64,000 nucleotides of DNA from an uncultured Candidatus Saccharibacteria bacterium. GTDB taxonomy: Bacteria; Patescibacteriota; Minisyncoccia; Phycocordibacterales; SBAW01. The DNA lies in the NCBI GenBank assembly GCA_964566795.1, contig CAZMIU010000002.1, forward strand, positions 7,965-71,964, given 5' to 3'. Each line of letters begins with the position of its first letter. Positions within the stretch are counted from its first letter, which is position 1. Shown in pieces: positions 18,494-28,966 of the stretch. The notes beneath the pieces were generated by a model. That model did no database searches, had not been told where the DNA came from, and was given only the letters and a program-made list of their open reading frames with translations. The translations under genes and the position numbers were made by a program.

Positions 18494-19753
18494 ATGGACA
18501 TCCCATCACACTTAAGCGGACGCACGATCATTTTGGATATTGACGGTACGCTCGTGCCTGCGGGAGCTACTAAGGTATCCTCAACCATGGCGGCGCTCGT
18601 GGAGTGGCTTACCAAGCACAACGATGTGTACGTGTTTTCAAATAAAAACCTGCCACAGCGTAACCGCACGGTCGCAGAGAGCCTTGGTGTCCCCTTGCTC
18701 CAATCAAAGTTTAGAAAGCCGAGCCTGAGGGTACTGGACGGGGTGCCGCGCGAGAAGCCGCTTGTGGTGGTGGGCGACAAGGTGCTCACAGACGGGCTCT
18801 TGGCATGGCGCGCAGGTGCAGAGTTTATACATGTGGAGCGTCTCACACGCGGTGAGCCGTTCCTGGACCAGGTGCTAAACGCGATAGACGACGTGGCGGG
18901 GTATGCGTGGGCACTCCTGCGGCTCATGCGCCCCCTGCACTGGGTTAAGAACGTGCTTATTTTTGCGCCGGTGTTTTTTGCCAGAGAGGCGCTCCTCTCC
19001 GATGCGCTAGGCGCCGCGACAGCCGCGTTCTTTGCCTTTTCTTTCTTGGCGAGCGCGGGCTACATCATAAACGACCTCTCTGATATAGCGGCCGACCGCA
19101 CTCACCCTAAAAAGCGCACCCGCCCCCTTGCCTCGAAGCTTATACCAGTGCCCGCCGCACTATTGTGTTGTGCGGGTCTTGTCGCGGCGGCACTCGCGAC
19201 GCTCGCAGTGTTTGCTCCCGCAGCACTCACCATTGCGGTGGTGTATTTTGCGGTCTCACTCGTGTACAGCCTGTGGCTTAAATCGGTGCCCATTGTGGAG
19301 ATGCTTTTGTTTACGTGGTTTTACTACGCGCGCGTACTCATAGGCGGCATTGCCGCGGGTGTGACACTAACCGCGTGGCTTACGCTTGCGGTGGTGTTTT
19401 TGGCGCTGTTTTTGGTTATTGCCAAGCGGTATGTGCAGGTGCTCTCCGGTACTATCCGCGCTACGCTCGCCTACCCGGAGCCGTTTTTGCGCGGCATGCT
19501 CATCTTGAGTGGCACACTGGTTTTGGTGTTTTATGCGCTCTACACCGTGCTTGGCGCGGGCTCGAGCTTGGCGGCCTACTCGGTGGTGCCCGTCTTGGGC
19601 GGGATTATGCGCTACCTGCAGCTCGCGTTTACGGGTGCCGGAGTGGAGTATCCGGAGCGCGCCGTGTTTAGCGACCCGGGGCTTTTGCTCGCGGGTGTGG
19701 CCTGGGTTGGGGCGATACTCGTGATATTTTACGGACCCTCGGGTACGCTATAA
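18494..19753 (+). CDS. bifunctional fusion: HAD-family phosphatase domain + UbiA-family polyprenyl-phosphate 5-phosphoribosyltransferase (DPPR-synthase-like)
   Basis: N-terminal ILDIDGTL...VVVGDKVLTD (HAD motifs I and III, YqeG-like). The C-terminal domain has about 8 TM helices and INDLSDIAADRTHPKKRTRPLAS, which matches the NDxxDxxxDR...KRxRP signature of mycobacterial Rv3806c-type decaprenyl-phosphate phosphoribosyltransferase. Confidence 0.65.
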   Translation: MDIPSHLSGRTIILDIDGTLVPAGATKVSSTMAALVEWLTKHNDVYVFSNKNLPQRNRTVAESLGVPLLQSKFRKPSLRVLDGVPREKPLVVVGDKVLTDGLLAWRAGAEFIHVERLTRGEPFLDQVLNAIDDVAGYAWALLRLMRPLHWVKNVLIFAPVFFAREALLSDALGAATAAFFAFSFLASAGYIINDLSDIAADRTHPKKRTRPLASKLIPVPAALLCCAGLVAAALATLAVFAPAALTIAVVYFAVSLVYSLWLKSVPIVEMLLFTWFYYARVLIGGIAAGVTLTAWLTLAVVFLALFLVIAKRYVQVLSGTIRATLAYPEPFLRGMLILSGTLVLVFYALYTVLGAGSSLAAYSVVPVLGGIMRYLQLAFTGAGVEYPERAVFSDPGLLLAGVAWVGAILVIFYGPSGTL

Positions 19754-19760
19754 TCGCCGT

Positions 19761-20108
19761 ATGGGATACCTGCTCTTAGTACTGGCGCTCGTCTTTAACG
19801 CCTGCGCGAACGTGCTCATAAAGATTGGCTCGGTGCAGTTTGCCGGCATTGGAGACAACTTTATACGCGCCACGATAGGCAACGGGGCGTTTATGGCGGG
19901 GCTTGCACTCTTTGGACTCAATGTAGTGTTGTATGCACTGGCACTCTCGCGCATCCCGCTCTCAATCGGCTACCCCATCATGACCGTAGGTGGCCTGACA
20001 ATAATCACCATCGCGTCAGTCTTTTATCTGCACGAGTCCATCACATTTGTGCAGCTCATAGGGCTCCTCTTCCTGGCCCTGGGCATAGTGCTTGTGACCT
20101 ATAAATAA
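19761..20108 (+). CDS. small 4-TM SMR/DMT-family membrane protein (ArnE/ArnF- or GtrA-like candidate flippase for lipid-linked sugar)
   Basis: 115 aa, four hydrophobic helices. Its position immediately downstream of the UbiA-like gene mirrors the GtrA-like Rv3789 context. Confidence 0.55.
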   Translation: MGYLLLVLALVFNACANVLIKIGSVQFAGIGDNFIRATIGNGAFMAGLALFGLNVVLYALALSRIPLSIGYPIMTVGGLTIITIASVFYLHESITFVQLIGLLFLALGIVLVTYK

Positions 20109-20110
20109 GT

Positions 20111-21145
20111 ATGAAATTTTTTATAACGGGTGGGGCAGGGTTTTTGGGGATTAACCTGACGCGCTACCTGCTTGAGTGCGGGCACGAGGTTGTCTCCTAC
20201 GACCTCCTGCCTTTTGACTATCCGGAAAAAGATAAGGTGCACGCAGTAGTGGGCGATATACGAAACCTTGAGGCACTCAAGAGCGCCATGCAGGGCGCAG
20301 ATGTAGTGGTGCATACCGCAGCGGCGCTCCCGCTCTACAGCGCAGAGGATATCCGCTCGACAGATATCGAGGGCACTAAGAATGTGATGGAAGCTGCCAA
20401 AGCGCTCGGCATTACACGCGTAGTGCATGTGTCCTCCACGGCGGTGTATGGTATCCCCGACCACCACCCGCTTAAAGAAACCGACACACTAGATGGCGTA
20501 GGCGAGTATGGCAAGGCCAAGATTGCCGCAGAGGAGATTTGTGCCCGGTATCGCCAAGAGGGCATGTGTGTCTCCATTGTGCGGCCCAAGTCGTTTGTGG
20601 GGCCGGAGCGGTTGGGTGTGTTCGCATTGTTTTATGACTGGGCAGCAGACGGACACAACTTCCCCATGATTGGCTCGGGGTACAATCGCTACCAGCTTTT
20701 GGATGTAGAGGACCTGTGCGCGGCGCTCTACCTGTGCGCCACGATAGATAAAGAGCGCGCAAACGACACGTTTAATATCGGGGCCAAGGAGTTTACGACC
20801 ATGCGCGAGGATTATCAGGCGGTATTGACGCGCGCCGGGTTTGGTAAACGCATCGTGGGGCTGCCTGCCACGCCGGTTATCTGGACGCTGCGCTTTCTTG
20901 AGCTCCTCAAACTCTCGCCCTTGTACAAGTGGGTGTACGAGACTGCCTCCAAAGACAGCTTCGTCTCTATCGACAAAGCAGAGAGTAAGCTTAACTGGCA
21001 CCCGCGCTACTCCAACAAAGAGGCCTTGGTGCGCAACTATGAATGGTACCTCGCGCACCGCCACGAGTTTGTGGGACAGAGCGGTGTGTCGCACCGCGTA
21101 CCGTGGAAGCAGGGTGTTTTGTCGCTAGCTAAGCTGTTTTTCTGA
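20111..21145 (+). CDS. NAD-dependent epimerase/dehydratase (extended SDR)
   Basis: TGGAGFLGINL NAD motif and catalytic YGKAK. Confidence 0.8.
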   Translation: MKFFITGGAGFLGINLTRYLLECGHEVVSYDLLPFDYPEKDKVHAVVGDIRNLEALKSAMQGADVVVHTAAALPLYSAEDIRSTDIEGTKNVMEAAKALGITRVVHVSSTAVYGIPDHHPLKETDTLDGVGEYGKAKIAAEEICARYRQEGMCVSIVRPKSFVGPERLGVFALFYDWAADGHNFPMIGSGYNRYQLLDVEDLCAALYLCATIDKERANDTFNIGAKEFTTMREDYQAVLTRAGFGKRIVGLPATPVIWTLRFLELLKLSPLYKWVYETASKDSFVSIDKAESKLNWHPRYSNKEALVRNYEWYLAHRHEFVGQSGVSHRVPWKQGVLSLAKLFF

Positions 21146-22884
21146 TGCAGTATTTGCGCACTCATTGTCTGCTGCTCCTGGTGTGCGCCACGCTTGTGTT
21201 GGCGCTCGTGCCTCTTGTTGAGAGCCGCGTCTTACTAGGCAGTCAGTGGCAAGGCGTGGTGCCGGTGTACATGGATGAGTACATTTACTATGCCTATATC
21301 AGCGAGGCAGCGACAGGTAACTTATTTTTTGGTCACCCATATTTCTTGGAGCACCGCTTTGCCCCGCCACTGTTTTTGTCGGGCTCGGTGGCGCTTGGTG
21401 CGCTCCCTCTCTTGCTCGGGCTCCCTCTGCCCTGCGCAGTGCCGCTCGCCTTTGTGGTGTGGAGCGTAGTGTTTGTGCTCTTGTGCTACAGGCTACTGCG
21501 CGAGCTCTCGCTTGAGCCACTGTGGAGTGCTTGCGGGGCGCTCTTAGCGTACGCAGCGTGTTATGACCAGGTGTACCGCATTGGCGTGCGCCAGGAGGTG
21601 TATCCGTTCTTGCTCCTCTTCTATATCCTGCTTGTAAGGCTGGTGCACGAGCCCGGGAAACTGCGGGCCGCTTTGCTTGGCATAAGTGTGGGCGTCTCCT
21701 TTTATCTGTATGGGTTTTTGTGGCAAACAGTTGTAGTTACCCTTGCGCTCGCTTTTGCATACGCGGTCGTGTTTAGGCAGTGGGTGCTCCTGCGTGCACT
21801 GGCACTCACTGGCGTCGTTGCGGGTGCTGTGGCCACCCCGGCTCTTTTATATGCGTGGTGGGTGAGCGGGCAGCCCTACTTTTGGGAGAGCCTTAACCGC
21901 TACGGGCTGGTTGAAACCCACCTACCCGTGGCCGAAGTTATCTACTCTGGCGGGTGGGTGGGCATTGCGCTTGTGGTCTTGGGGACGCTGTACTGGCGTA
22001 TTAAAGTGCCTCGGGTGCGTACCGTCATATGTTTGATTGCCCTGATGGGTGCCGGCATATGGATAGTGCAGGGTAGCAATGTGCTCAGTGGCAAGCTCCT
22101 TGAGCAGGGTGACCATTTGCGCCGATTTATAACGCTATGGCTGCCGCTTGCCACTGCCGCATGTGCCTACATCTTTGTGCGTCACCAGGCACAGATGCCA
22201 AAGGCACTACGCGCAAGCTTTATGGCTGCGGGCGTTGTACTTGTGTGCGGGAGTTTAAACTTCGCGCTCCATCACACGCATCCGTTTACCAAACCGCTGG
22301 GCTCTGTACCACAGTGGCAGACACAGCAAACCTATGCGCCGGTATTGGAGTGGCTACAGATGCACGAGAGTGAGCCCGTGGTGGTGTGGAGTAATCCGCA
22401 CAGCTTTGCCACGGTGCATATACCGGTCTACACGCAGCACTATGTGCTCTACCTTGAGGCCGGGGAGTTGGCACTGATGTCGAGCAAAGAGATTGAGGAG
22501 CGCTACCTTGTCTCGAGCTACTTTGACCCGGTGGATGAGGTGTATCTTGAGAAAGACTTTGAGCAGTATGTGGGCCGTGCCAACGCCTATCACTTGCCGC
22601 AAACACTCGAGCGCGAGTCTTTGGTGTGCAGGTTGCTCCACTTGGGCAACAGCTCGTGTACCCCAGTACGCACACCGCAGGAACTCCTGGGTCATGAGTA
22701 CTTTGCTGCTTTGGCCGGAGAGTTTAAGGATGATATCAAACCAAACATCAAAGAGTATTTAAAGAAGTATCATGTATCGTATGTGCTAAAGGACCGCGTG
22801 CTCGACACGGCCTACCGCCCCGAGGCACTGGGCGCCACAGAAGTATATTCAGACGACCATTTCGGGTTATATAAACTGCCATGA
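21145..22884 (+). CDS. large polytopic membrane protein with C-terminal extracytoplasmic domain, GT-C-like glycosyltransferase candidate
   Basis: At least 10 predicted TM helices followed by a roughly 200-aa soluble domain. Translationally coupled (ATGA) to the upstream SDR. No specific motif was assigned by eye. Confidence 0.45.
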   Translation: MQYLRTHCLLLLVCATLVLALVPLVESRVLLGSQWQGVVPVYMDEYIYYAYISEAATGNLFFGHPYFLEHRFAPPLFLSGSVALGALPLLLGLPLPCAVPLAFVVWSVVFVLLCYRLLRELSLEPLWSACGALLAYAACYDQVYRIGVRQEVYPFLLLFYILLVRLVHEPGKLRAALLGISVGVSFYLYGFLWQTVVVTLALAFAYAVVFRQWVLLRALALTGVVAGAVATPALLYAWWVSGQPYFWESLNRYGLVETHLPVAEVIYSGGWVGIALVVLGTLYWRIKVPRVRTVICLIALMGAGIWIVQGSNVLSGKLLEQGDHLRRFITLWLPLATAACAYIFVRHQAQMPKALRASFMAAGVVLVCGSLNFALHHTHPFTKPLGSVPQWQTQQTYAPVLEWLQMHESEPVVVWSNPHSFATVHIPVYTQHYVLYLEAGELALMSSKEIEERYLVSSYFDPVDEVYLEKDFEQYVGRANAYHLPQTLERESLVCRLLHLGNSSCTPVRTPQELLGHEYFAALAGEFKDDIKPNIKEYLKKYHVSYVLKDRVLDTAYRPEALGATEVYSDDHFGLYKLP

Positions 22885-23933
22885 AGATGTATTTTGTAGC
22901 CAATGCCCGTATGCCTAGTGAGAAGGCGTATGGGATACATATCGCCCGGATGTGCGAGGCCTTTATAGAAGCCGGCCACGAGGTAAGGCTCGTGGTCCCT
23001 GCGCGTGCCCCGGGCTCTATGCGCGAGGCGTATGGGCTGCGTGTTGATGTGCCTATGGTCCGCCTACACTCGGTCTCGTTTGAGAAGTATGAAAGATTCG
23101 GCTTCTTTGTGATGGGTGTCTCGTTTGCGCTTGTGAGCTTGTGGTACCTGTGGCGCAAGAAAGTGGGCGGGGAGACGTTTGTTATCTACACGGTCGACAT
23201 GGACACCTTTAGCCACACGCTCCTGCCGCTTGTGGCCCCAGTGGTTGCAGAGTTCCACTCACCTAAAAAATCCACACTGCTTTCGCGCTTCTTCTTTAAA
23301 CGCGTGCAGATAGTTACCACAAACCCCCTCATTAAAGAGGAGCTGTCAAAGACATTTGCGCTTAAAGATATTCCTGTAGAGCCCAACGGCGTAGACGAGA
23401 GCTTTTTTGACCTGCCAGAGACTTCGGGCCGGAGCGCAATGTACCTAGGCCGGTTTTATAAGTGGAAGGGGCTCGAGGTACTGCCCAAAGCCGCCAAACT
23501 TATCCCTGATGTAGAGATGCGCGTGGTGGGCGGGAGCAAAGAGGAGTTTGAGAAGGTGTTTGGTGATGCGAGCGGTCTCCACTTTAGCGAGGTGCCGTAC
23601 GCACGCGTTAAAGATGAGTTGGCTCACGCCGATGTATTGCTCTTGACCGGCACTGCCCTAAACGAAGACTCCAACCGCTACACCGCACCCATGAAGGTGT
23701 TTGAGTACTTGGCGACAGGAAAGCCCATGGTGGTGAGCCGCACCGAGGCACTCAAGAGTCTTATACCCGAGAATTTGGCGCACTACTGCGAGCCGGATAA
23801 CCCGAAGGCATTGGCCAAGGCGATTGGGGAGGCTTTGAGCGACACGGGCGGCCGCGAGGCGCGCATTGCCTACGCGCGCGGGCACACATGGCGTGCCAGA
23901 GCAGAGCGTATTTCAAAACTCTTTACGAGCTAG
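22881..23933 (+). CDS. glycosyltransferase family 4
   Basis: [24 protein letters not shown]-terminal GT4 motif. 350 aa. Confidence 0.75.
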   Translation: MKMYFVANARMPSEKAYGIHIARMCEAFIEAGHEVRLVVPARAPGSMREAYGLRVDVPMVRLHSVSFEKYERFGFFVMGVSFALVSLWYLWRKKVGGETFVIYTVDMDTFSHTLLPLVAPVVAEFHSPKKSTLLSRFFFKRVQIVTTNPLIKEELSKTFALKDIPVEPNGVDESFFDLPETSGRSAMYLGRFYKWKGLEVLPKAAKLIPDVEMRVVGGSKEEFEKVFGDASGLHFSEVPYARVKDELAHADVLLLTGTALNEDSNRYTAPMKVFEYLATGKPMVVSRTEALKSLIPENLAHYCEPDNPKALAKAIGEALSDTGGREARIAYARGHTWRARAERISKLFTS

Positions 23934-25803
23934 ATTTTGCTGTAAGGAGGTCGTCGACCACGTGTGGGTCTGCAAGGGTCGAGGTGTCGCCCAAGTTGGT
24001 GTCGCCTGACGCAATCTTTCGCAGTATTCGGCGCATGATTTTGCCGGAGCGTGTTTTGGGGAGTGCGGGTGCAAACTGTATGACGTCTGGCCGGGCTATG
24101 GGGCTTAGGTGCGAGGCGACGTACGCCTTGAGCTCTTGCATAAGTGTCTCGCCCACATCAACGCCAACTTTGGGAGTGACATAGGCGTAAATACCCTGAC
24201 CCTTAATGTCGTGCGGGTAGGAAACCACTGCGGCCTCGGCCACAGCCTCGTGCTCCACAAGCACGCTCTCTATCTCAGCACTGCCGAGGCGGTGCCCGGC
24301 GGTATTAATCACGTCGTCCACACGGCCTGTAATCCAGTAGTAGCCGTCCTCATCGCGCCTGACACCGTCACCGCTAAAGTACGCACCGGGGAAGGTGGAG
24401 AAGTATGTTTGTATAAAGCGCTCGTGGTCTTTGTAGAGCGTGCGCATCTGCCCGGGCCACGAGCCAGTGAATGCGAGCATGCCCTCTGCCGGGCCCTCGA
24501 GCTTTACTCCATCCTCGGAAAATATAGCGGCTTGTATGCCAAACAGCGGCAGTGTAGCGGAGCCTGGCTTTGTTTTAATAGCGTGCGGTATGGGCGAGAT
24601 TAGTATGCTGCCTGTCTCTGTCTGCCACCATGTATCTACCACCTCGCAGCGATTGTGCCCAACCTCCTCGTTGTACCAGCGCCACGCCTCCGGGTTTATC
24701 GGCTCGCCCACGCTGCCTAAAATGCGCAATGACTCGCGCGTGGTGCTCCGGAGCGGCTCCTCGCCCTCGCGCATAAGTGCGCGTATGGCGGTGGGTGCGG
24801 TGTAGAGGATGGTTACCTTGTGCTTGTCGACGACCTCCCACATGCGCGCGCTGGTGGGGTACTGCGGTGTGCCCTCAAACATGAGCGTGGTGGCACCATT
24901 ACACAGCGGGCCGTAGACAATGTAGCTGTGGCCGGTAACCCAGCCCACATCGGCGGTGCACCAGTAGATGTCGTTTGGCTTCAAATCAAACACGTACTCG
25001 TGCGAGAGTGACGCATGCACCAAGTAGCCGCCGGTGGTATGCAGCACGCCTTTGGGTTTGCCGGTAGAGCCGGAGGTGTAGAGGATAAACAGCGGGTCCT
25101 CCGCACCCATCTCCTCGGGTGCGCACTCGCTTGATACCGTTTGTGCCTCGTCGTTGTACCAGTAGTCGCGGCCGCCCTGCATCTGAGTCTCAGTATCGGT
25201 GCGCTTAACTACAAGCACGTGCTCGACACCCGGGCACTGCGTAAGTGCCTGGTCGACATTGCGCTTAAGCGGCACCACTTTGCCGCCGCGCAGGCCCTCG
25301 TTGGAGGTTATGACAACTTTACTCTCGGAGTCCTGGATGCGGCCGGCAAGCGCATCTGGAGAGAAGCCGCCAAAAACAACCGTGTGCACGGCGCCCACAC
25401 GCGCGCACGCGAGCATAGCAAACGCGGCCTCCGGGATCATGGGCAAGTAGATGGTGACGCGGTCGCCTTTTGTAACCCCGTGTTTTTTTAGCACGTTGGC
25501 AAAGCGGCCTACCTCCTCTTTAAGTTCTTGGTAGGTGATGGTGCGGGTCTCGCCGTTGTCGCCCTCCCAGATAATCGCCACCTTATTGCCCTCTGTATTA
25601 GCGTGCCTGTCTACACAGTTGTAGGAGGCGTTGAGCGTGCCGTCCTCAAACCAGCGTATGTGCACGTTGCCCGGCTCAAACGATACGTCTTTGACTTTGG
25701 TAAAGGGTTTAATCCACTCCACGCGCGCAGCCTCCGCCCGCCAGAACTCGTCCGGATTGGTGTTGGCGGCCCTGTGTTTCTGGTCGTACTCCTCGCGCGT
25801 CAT
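23923..25803 (-). CDS. acs: acetyl-CoA synthetase (AMP-forming)
   Basis: 626 aa. Full-length Acs similarity including [15 protein letters not shown]-binding motif and the WWQTETG and SGKIMRR motifs. Confidence 0.9.
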   Translation of the reverse strand: MTREEYDQKHRAANTNPDEFWRAEAARVEWIKPFTKVKDVSFEPGNVHIRWFEDGTLNASYNCVDRHANTEGNKVAIIWEGDNGETRTITYQELKEEVGRFANVLKKHGVTKGDRVTIYLPMIPEAAFAMLACARVGAVHTVVFGGFSPDALAGRIQDSESKVVITSNEGLRGGKVVPLKRNVDQALTQCPGVEHVLVVKRTDTETQMQGGRDYWYNDEAQTVSSECAPEEMGAEDPLFILYTSGSTGKPKGVLHTTGGYLVHASLSHEYVFDLKPNDIYWCTADVGWVTGHSYIVYGPLCNGATTLMFEGTPQYPTSARMWEVVDKHKVTILYTAPTAIRALMREGEEPLRSTTRESLRILGSVGEPINPEAWRWYNEEVGHNRCEVVDTWWQTETGSILISPIPHAIKTKPGSATLPLFGIQAAIFSEDGVKLEGPAEGMLAFTGSWPGQMRTLYKDHERFIQTYFSTFPGAYFSGDGVRRDEDGYYWITGRVDDVINTAGHRLGSAEIESVLVEHEAVAEAAVVSYPHDIKGQGIYAYVTPKVGVDVGETLMQELKAYVASHLSPIARPDVIQFAPALPKTRSGKIMRRILRKIASGDTNLGDTSTLADPHVVDDLLTAKSSS

Positions 25804-25875
25804 TGAGCGTATCCTATCACAGTGACCCTCAATTTTATCGACACAGAGGTGTCTTTTTAGTACTATTGGGCCGCT

Positions 25876-27861
25876 ATGAAAGCGGCCATATTAGAGACTA
25901 TTGACCAGCCCCTGGTTGTGGCCGAGGTCGGGTTAACCGAGCTCCAGTTTGGCCAGGTACTTATAAAGGTGCTCGTCTCGGGCATCTGCGGCTCGCAGCT
26001 TATGGAGATTGGCGGCCACAAGGGCAACGCCAAGTTTGTCCCGCATCTTATGGGCCACGAAGGCTGCGGCATTGTCGAGGAGGTGGGGCTCGGAGTCACC
26101 CGTGTTAAAAAGGGCGACAAAGTTATCATGCACTGGCGCAAGGGCGACGGTGTTGAGAGCGACTTCCCCGAGTACATTTACAACGGCAAGCGCATTAAGA
26201 GCGGCAAGGTCACCACCTTTAGCGAGTACTCTATCGTGTCAGAAAACCGTGTCACGCCCGTGCCGCATGACACACCCGAGGAGTTGTGTGCACTCTTGGG
26301 CTGCAGCCTCTCCACAGCGCTTGGCACTATTAATGACGAGGCAGAGGTAAAGTTTGGCGAGAGTGTGATGATTGTTGGCGCCGGCGGCTTGGGCATTAAC
26401 CTTATTAAGGCGGCCAAACTTGCCTCGGCGTACCCGGTCATCTCCCTAGACATACACGAGCACAAGCGCGCACTCGCGCTCTCGTTGGGTGCAGACCTTT
26501 TTATAAACGTGGCGACAGAGTCTCTGCAAGAGAAGCTGGCCGAGATCGGCCTTAAAGACGTAGATGTGATCATTGAGTGCTCGGGCTCTAAAAAGGCCAT
26601 AGAGGCCACACTCCCGTACCTCTCAGGCACCGGGCGCTACATAATGGTGGGCCACCCCAAACCCGGCGAGAGTGTTGAGATGCTCCACGCGGGGCACATG
26701 TTTGGCGGCGAGGGCAAGACTATCAAGGCCACGCAGGGTGGCGGCTTTAACCCCAGCAGGCATATCGCGCGCTATGTGCGTTTGGCGCGCGAGGGCAACC
26801 TCAATATCGACGGCATCATCACGCACCACACCACGCTCGACAATATCAACAAAGCGATTGATCAGGTTCGCGCCGGAGAGGCGAGCCGCATCCTCATTAA
26901 GATGCAGCACGACAAAGACCTCTGGCCCGCCTACCGCCGCATGATGAAGTTGCGCGTTGCGAGCGAGGAGCTGGTTAAGCACTATCTGGAGAAGAAGGTG
27001 TTTAGCATGGTGCACTTCTATGTTGGGCAGGAGGCCGTGGCTACTGGTGTGTGCGACGCACTCACGGACGGCGACCAGGTGATGAGCTCGCACAGGCCGC
27101 ACGGGCACTATCTGGCGCGCGGGGGCAGCTTCCGCTCCCTCGCGGCGGAGTTGTTTGGCCGCGCCGCTGGCACGGCACACGGCAAAGGTGGCTCGATGCA
27201 TCAGGTGGCGCGCGAGGCCGGCTTTGCGGGCTCCTCGCCGCTCTTGGGCAGTGCCGTGCCGCTTGCAGCGGGTTTGGCGTTTGCACAAAAATATCAAAAC
27301 AAAGACGGCGTCTCAGTGGTGTTTTATGGTGATGGCGCCTCGGAGGAGGGCGTGGTGTACGAGACCTACAACCTCGCCGCACTCTACAAACTTCCCATGC
27401 TCTTTGTGCTCGAGAACAACAGCTGGTCTATCAACTCGCCGCTTACAAACCGCCGCGCAGAGAACTATGATAGTAAAAAAGTGGCAGAGGGCTTGGGGCT
27501 CAGATACATAGAGGCCAACGGCAACGACTATGAAGATGTGGCGGCCAAAGCAAACAAGCTCATTAAAGATATCCGCGCCGGTGCGGGGCCGGCACTCCTG
27601 GAGTGCAAGGTGTATCGCCACATGGCACACTCGACGCCGCTTATGGATGAGAAGAACCGCCTTTTGGACACGCTCGAGGAGCGCCTTAAAGAGGACCCAC
27701 TCAAGAAATTGCGCACCAAACTTGTGGCCGCAGGTGTAAGTGAGGCAGAGCTTACACACGAGGAGGAGGCTATGCGCGAGGCGGCACGCGCAGACATTGT
27801 ATGGGCTACCGAGCAGCCGTATCCGCCCAAAGAGGATCTAACCAAAGATGTCTATGCGTGA
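25876..27861 (+). CDS. fusion protein: Zn-dependent medium-chain alcohol dehydrogenase domain + TPP-dependent 2-oxoacid/acetoin dehydrogenase E1 alpha subunit
   Basis: N-terminal [13 protein letters not shown]...GHEGCG...IVGAGGLG (MDR/Zn-ADH, butanediol/threonine-dehydrogenase-like). C-terminal [11 protein letters not shown]...[36 protein letters not shown] (E1-alpha TPP-binding). Confidence 0.8.
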   Translation: MKAAILETIDQPLVVAEVGLTELQFGQVLIKVLVSGICGSQLMEIGGHKGNAKFVPHLMGHEGCGIVEEVGLGVTRVKKGDKVIMHWRKGDGVESDFPEYIYNGKRIKSGKVTTFSEYSIVSENRVTPVPHDTPEELCALLGCSLSTALGTINDEAEVKFGESVMIVGAGGLGINLIKAAKLASAYPVISLDIHEHKRALALSLGADLFINVATESLQEKLAEIGLKDVDVIIECSGSKKAIEATLPYLSGTGRYIMVGHPKPGESVEMLHAGHMFGGEGKTIKATQGGGFNPSRHIARYVRLAREGNLNIDGIITHHTTLDNINKAIDQVRAGEASRILIKMQHDKDLWPAYRRMMKLRVASEELVKHYLEKKVFSMVHFYVGQEAVATGVCDALTDGDQVMSSHRPHGHYLARGGSFRSLAAELFGRAAGTAHGKGGSMHQVAREAGFAGSSPLLGSAVPLAAGLAFAQKYQNKDGVSVVFYGDGASEEGVVYETYNLAALYKLPMLFVLENNSWSINSPLTNRRAENYDSKKVAEGLGLRYIEANGNDYEDVAAKANKLIKDIRAGAGPALLECKVYRHMAHSTPLMDEKNRLLDTLEERLKEDPLKKLRTKLVAAGVSEAELTHEEEAMREAARADIVWATEQPYPPKEDLTKDVYA

Positions 27862-28885
27862 TCCGATTAAATACAGCGAGGCAATAGCAGAGGCAACCAG
27901 GCAGCTCCTCGAGAGCGACCCGCGCGTGTTTGTGCTGGGGCTTGGTGTACCGCAGGGTACGGGCGCTGTGGGCTCGCTCGCGGGCGCATTCCCAACCCGC
28001 ATTATAGACACGCCGACAAGCGAGGCTGCACTTACCGGCATGGCAGTGGGTGCGTCTATCGCAGGGCTAAGGCCCATAGTATTTCATGACCGGGTGGAGT
28101 TTAGTTTGCTCGCATCGGATCAGATGTTTACGCAGGCCGCCAAGTGGCGCTACATGTTTGCTGGCGAGGGCGGCTCGGCACCCATTACATTGCGCATCAT
28201 GATAGGCCGGCAGTGGGGCAATGGGCCGCAGCACTCGCAGGCTCTCTATGGCATGTTTGGCTCGGTTACCGGTTTGCGCGTTGTTATCCCATCGTCTCCT
28301 TATATGATGAAGGGCCTATTGGCTGCTGCGGTAAAGGCAGATGACCCGGTGGTGGTGCTCGAACCCCGCTGGCTCTACAACATAAAGGAGGATGTGCCCG
28401 AGGAGTTGTACGAGCTGCCCTTAGATAAAGCGCGTGTGGTTAAAGAGGGTAGCGCGGTAACGGTTGTGGCCTATGGTGACGCTCTTTTGGCAGCGCGCGA
28501 GGCCCTGGCGCTTATGGGCGAGCACGCCGCTGGTGTAGAGCTTATTGATTTGGTGTCACTTAAACCTATTGACCACGCGACTATACACGCCTCTATAAAA
28601 AAGACAGGCAAGCTTATAACCGTGGACACCACCTCGGCTGCGTTTAGTATCGGCTCGGAGATTATTGGTATGGCGGCACAACATCGGGTTGGGTTTACGC
28701 ACGCACCACGCGCGGTGGCAGCACCCGATGTGCCGGTGCCTACAACACCCGCCTTGGCAGAGTATTGGTACCCGACCAAGGTAGATGTTGCCAACGCGAT
28801 ACTCGAGATGCTCGGGGCCCCAAAAATAGAGAAAGAGCTCACGTTTGAGGAGCTCCACATGGCCCCCACCATAACCCTGGAGTAA
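27848..28885 (+). CDS. TPP-dependent dehydrogenase E1 beta subunit (transketolase-like pyrimidine-binding and C-terminal domains)
   Basis: 345 aa. RVFVLGLGV...TPTSEAALTGMAVGASIAGLRPIV...VVLEPRWLY motifs typical of PDH/acetoin-DH E1-beta. Overlaps the alpha-fusion gene by 14 nt. Confidence 0.85.
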   Translation: MSMRDPIKYSEAIAEATRQLLESDPRVFVLGLGVPQGTGAVGSLAGAFPTRIIDTPTSEAALTGMAVGASIAGLRPIVFHDRVEFSLLASDQMFTQAAKWRYMFAGEGGSAPITLRIMIGRQWGNGPQHSQALYGMFGSVTGLRVVIPSSPYMMKGLLAAAVKADDPVVVLEPRWLYNIKEDVPEELYELPLDKARVVKEGSAVTVVAYGDALLAAREALALMGEHAAGVELIDLVSLKPIDHATIHASIKKTGKLITVDTTSAAFSIGSEIIGMAAQHRVGFTHAPRAVAAPDVPVPTTPALAEYWYPTKVDVANAILEMLGAPKIEKELTFEELHMAPTITLE

Positions 28886-28966
28886 TTGATTTTTAGTAAA
28901 TGTGTAGTATGGTATTTGCGGACGCGGCATAAGCCGCTTGTGTTGTTCTAACAAAGGAGGGGGGCC

